64,000 nucleotides of DNA from Paraspadella gotoi (Eukaryota > Animalia > Chaetognatha), in assembly GCA_051294375.1 (NCBI GenBank), contig CM119263.1, positions 27,692,533 through 27,756,532 of the forward strand, in the 5' to 3' direction. Of the stretch, positions 59,848 through 64,000 are shown in pieces. A program made the translations under genes and the position numbers. Position 1 is the first letter of the stretch. The number at the start of each line of letters is the position of its first letter. The notes below the pieces were generated by a model, which saw nothing but the letters and a program-made list of their open reading frames with translations, ran no database searches and was not told the DNA's origin.

Positions 59848-60599
59848 TACAACACAAGGAAAAAGAAAGATTAGATATACACAAAGTTGTATTCATTGTA
59901 CATTCATATTCATATTCATGATCAAGTTCAAGATAAAAGGGTAGATCGGGTAAATATATAAAACAAATTTAACTAATATTGTTATTTTAAGCTGGTTCGG
60001 ACTATTAAGTGAGTCACGGTGATGAAATACATCCCAGAAAGAAGCAACACCTTGAGCTTGCAGGTTCTTGGATTCATTTTGGTAGTAGATTTAATATTTT
60101 CTTTTCAGTCGAACAGAGGTGAAAGAGTATATTGTGCCTGCAATGAAAGTCTTGGTCTCAAACAATGCAGAAAAAAATATACAAATTTGACTAATGAATT
60201 AAGGTATTGAAATACTTTGGAATAATTCTAAAATGAGAATTATGTTGTATTGACAAAATCTTTATTTTATCAGGAGCAAAAAATCAATGTGTTAGTTACT
60301 TACCTGGAAGAACATAGACTTGCAGACAAGTTTTTTGTGGAGAGATAGAGAATATGCTGCAGCTGTAACTTTATGTTATCAAAATATCCTAAATCTCTCT
60401 CAAGAGGATATTTCAAAAAAACAATCAATAATATTGCTAGCAGATCCAGAAATTATTGTTTTTAAAAATGTAAATTATTTTCTTAAGATATAAAGCTTTT
60501 GTGATTTTTGTATGTTCTCCAATCTCGCAGCATAAAATTTAAATGATATTACTCATTTGACTTACATAAAAATTTTGATGGCTCTGAGGAGTAATAACG

Positions 60600-60710
60600 C
60601 GTTTAACTATAGCTCATGCAGATGACGCTAATTTTTTTTTTAAAATCTGATGAATAAAAATTCTTTGTAAAGAAAAAAAAAACTTTTTGAGAGGTCTCAA
60701 GTTTTAATCG
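60600..60710 (+). pseudogene. Possible decayed non-LTR reverse transcriptase fragment
   Basis: Reads LTIAHADDANFF, similar to the AYADD motif of LINE RTs, then hits stops and frameshifts. The match is short. Confidence 0.25.
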
Positions 60711-61343
60711 CTATTTTCTTAGCTTACCGTCTAAAAAATAAAGATGACTGATCCAAGAAAGTCTAAAAGTTATTATCCGAATTTGATCATGACCTTTAAC
60801 GTTTCTCGTCGAAAAGATACTATAAATACTTAAAACAGATTTTTAGAGCATTGTCTAGGCTGATTCCCTATAGCCCCTAATAGTTTTTAGCTTATTAGCT
60901 TGTTAGGGCTTATACATTTCTGGGTTTTTATATATTTTTGCACTGTTTATTACATTAAATTATACAATTTTTACCCATATTTTTATCTCATCGTGTAGGT
61001 ATAACGAATAAAACATATTTTTTCTGTATAGTTGTTAGAACATTTATAGTAGATTGAAGCAAGGGATACATTTTTAGAACAGAGAATAATTAAAACAGAG
61101 ATGGAGACATTTTGAGTGGGAGACGACGGAGAAACCCTTGATTGTTTTTCAAACCGAGAAATTAAACAAGGAGAGAAAAAGAGGGAGAGAACTCCGAAGA
61201 CGAGATTAAGATTTCGTCAAAACCAATTTCTTTGGAAAGAGAGAGACGGAGTCAGACAGGTTTAGAAGCAAGTAATTGTCGTTTCATGGCGAGAGAGAGA
61301 TCGTTAACGCTGAGACTAATCTGCGTGTAGAGGAGAAAGAGAG

Positions 61344-61428
<85 letters not shown>

Positions 61429-62872
61429 GGAGTGAAAAGGAAAAGGGGAAAAAAATTATGGGAAGGAAGATCAACTGTAAACTGTTAAATGGAGAAGATA
61501 GTTAAAAAGGTAACATAATAAGCGATAAGGCTATTATATATGGGTTTTATTTCGAATTCAACATGGTTGATTCAGTACAGTCAATAACATCAAGACTAGA
61601 TCTAGAAAAAAAAAACCGAATAATTAATTAAATAGTAGAGAAAGAAACTATTCCTTTGAAGACAGTGTTTTTGGACAAATAGATCTTTGTAATGAAATTT
61701 TTTCTACGCTTGTTAAACAGTGAAGATGTCCTGGTAACCAAAGAAACCACGTCATTCACGAATATCTTCCCATCTGTTAAATCCAAAGATCTTTCGTTCT
61801 ATTAAACAGGAGCGATAAAAGATAGAAAATTGTTTGAAGGAACCATTCAATGAATTAGCGCTCGTCGACCAAATTCAAATTTTAATGTGAACAGTATAAA
61901 AACAAAAAAAATATTCGTTATCGATGGAATGACGAGAACCTTCCCTATCCCTATTCCTATCCCTATCGCTATCCCTATCCATATCCCTATCCTATCCGAG
62001 AACTATCCCTGACTAGATTTGAGGAATTGAAAAATCTTGACCCCAGATTATTTCAGGTTCGCTCAAGGGAGCCCAAGATTCAGATTTTTAGATTCAGGCT
62101 CTAAGATTCAGAGCCTGAGATTCAGATCCTTAGATTTAGGCTGTAAGATTCAGGCGCTAAGATTCCGTTCCTGAGTTTCAGAGGTCGCCCCGCAATTCAG
62201 GGTCGCGCTCTCTCTCTCATTGGTTTTTTTTGTCTCTGGATTTTTTACCGTTTTTTAAGAAAGTAAAATTCGTCTTGAGAATTATAAAATATAAAACTGT
62301 TCGATAACAAAATTAAAAAGAGAACAAACTGCTTCTTTAACTTAAAAAAATGTTTCTTAGCTAAAAAATATAAATACATAAGTAAACACTCTTTTTTGAA
62401 ATAAAACCTGCTGCTTTTCAAAAATAAAAAGGCAACTGACAGGAGAAATGTTTCATTTCGGAAATAAAAAACTTCTTGAAAAAAAAAAATTATTCTTTGT
62501 TCAAAAAAGGAAAGAGAAATGCTTCTTGCTAAATATTTACGCAATTTGTAAGACGACTCGTTTTGCCTTTTTTTTTTTCAAGATCAAAAGTAAAGTTTAT
62601 TCATGCTATTTAAATAAACATATTTGCCGTATGTATGATTAAAACCCCCCCAACCTCTTCGATGAAGAAATAATAAAGAGGAGATTGCCTCTGTCGATAT
62701 ATGAAAAACTCATCTGCCGAAAATCTCGTCCGCTCGAAATTTAGCAATTTTCTCACGTTTTCCTAGAGTCCGTTCCAAGGCCATTTCCTCTGGCACGAAA
62801 ATAAAGAAAATAGATAAAGCAAAAAAGAGCAAGACGAAGCAGGAAAAGAGAGAGAAAGAGAGAGAGAGAGAT

Positions 62873-62939
<67 letters not shown>

Positions 62940-63058
62940 AGAGGAGAGAGAGAGAAGAGAGAGAGTGAACGGGAACGACGAAAAAAAATACTGGCGTCTC
63001 GCCGAAGACTCTTCACGGGGGGGTGTTAATGTGTCAAGGAAAGAAAGAAAGAAAGAAA

Positions 63059-63100
<42 letters not shown>

Positions 63101-64000
63101 AAAGAAGAAAAGAAATGAAAGAATAGAGGCGCCTCATGGCGCCGCCCCGCCTTTCGATCTTCCGAGTCCAAAATCTTTCGAAAGTCGAAAGTCAATTCGA
63201 TTTTTCTTTCGTCCAAAAAAAAAAGGCGCTCTCGACGTGACTTACCTTTTTTGATGAGGATGGAGGGTAAGGAAAGGTGAGATGGAGGATAAATGGAGGT
63301 TACGGAAGAGGGGGAAAGGGGGGTGGAAGGAAGACAGAAAGGGGGTATGGAAGGGTCATCAAAGGACGAGACAAATGGATGAAGAACAACTTATTCAAAA
63401 AGTTTGAAACCAAAAAAGATGAACGGTTATTTTTCTTTTTTTGGGTCTCGGGTCAGTCCGAGGAAAAACGTGATCGGTGAGAAAGGCAAGAAGGTGAGTG
63501 CGTGAGACGGGATGTGAATGGCGAAGGGAGAAGGCGGAGGTGAGGTCATTGATAGGAGAGGTAAGGTCGAAAGATAAGTGGAAGGAAGACAAGCTAAGTT
63601 ATAGTTCGTCTTTAGAATGAGAAACGTAAGTTTCGTAAAAAAAAAACGCAGTTGTTTTGTAATAGTAAATTTATTTTTGGAAAGGACCAAAACACTGAAT
63701 TTGTCAATGTCGTTGTTACGTTTAGCCTCAGCTTAAAAAAAAAATCGACAGTTTAGCTCAGGGCCGAAAGAGTACACTGAACGACTTTTAACTTCTAACA
63801 TAAAACCGAAGGCGAAGGACAAGTAATAAAAAAAGAGAAAAGAATAAAAAGTGGTCGCTTGGCTTATTTATAACCTAAATAGAATGACAATAAATAAATC
63901 AATCAATCAATTAAATAATAAATCAAACAGTCAATCTTTAGTTTTGCAAACAAAATCTCTCTTTATCGCACTTTTTATCTCTCTCTCTCTCTCTCTCTCT

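Noticed and set aside
58740-60460. Penelope RT/GIY-YIG ORF or a multi-exon minus-strand gene around the hammerheads
   Set aside because: Isolated donor-like sites exist (e.g. near 60303), but the joins I tried hit stops and no RT or GIY-YIG motif was found.

Overview
Eukaryotic (probably invertebrate animal) draft-assembly sequence. It is AT-rich, dense in microsatellites ((GA)n, (GAC)n, (AAAG)n, (TAAA)n, (TTCA)n) and has four N-gaps; most short ORFs in the track are simple-repeat artefacts. The best-supported feature is a complete, very young CsRn1-like Ty3/Gypsy LTR retrotransposon (36016-42620): CATC target duplication, intact gag and pol, and a visible -1 frameshift signal. Three intronless membrane-protein ORFs are present: a divergent class-A GPCR-like 7TM, an oversized XK-related protein and an EamA/SLC35G-like transporter. 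There are also several Helitron/Helentron-like non-autonomous repeats, a foldback MITE-like element and many minisatellites. Less obvious signals: a minimal hammerhead ribozyme with an inverted, core-deleted partner copy (59484-59847); a 250-nt run of about eight consecutive hairpins (43162-43412); a hand-built 5-exon model with a 9-nt microexon encoding a putative amidated-peptide precursor beside the orphan GPCR; and an RFX X-box followed by splice donors. Family assignments come from motif recognition only; no database searches or folding computations were run.
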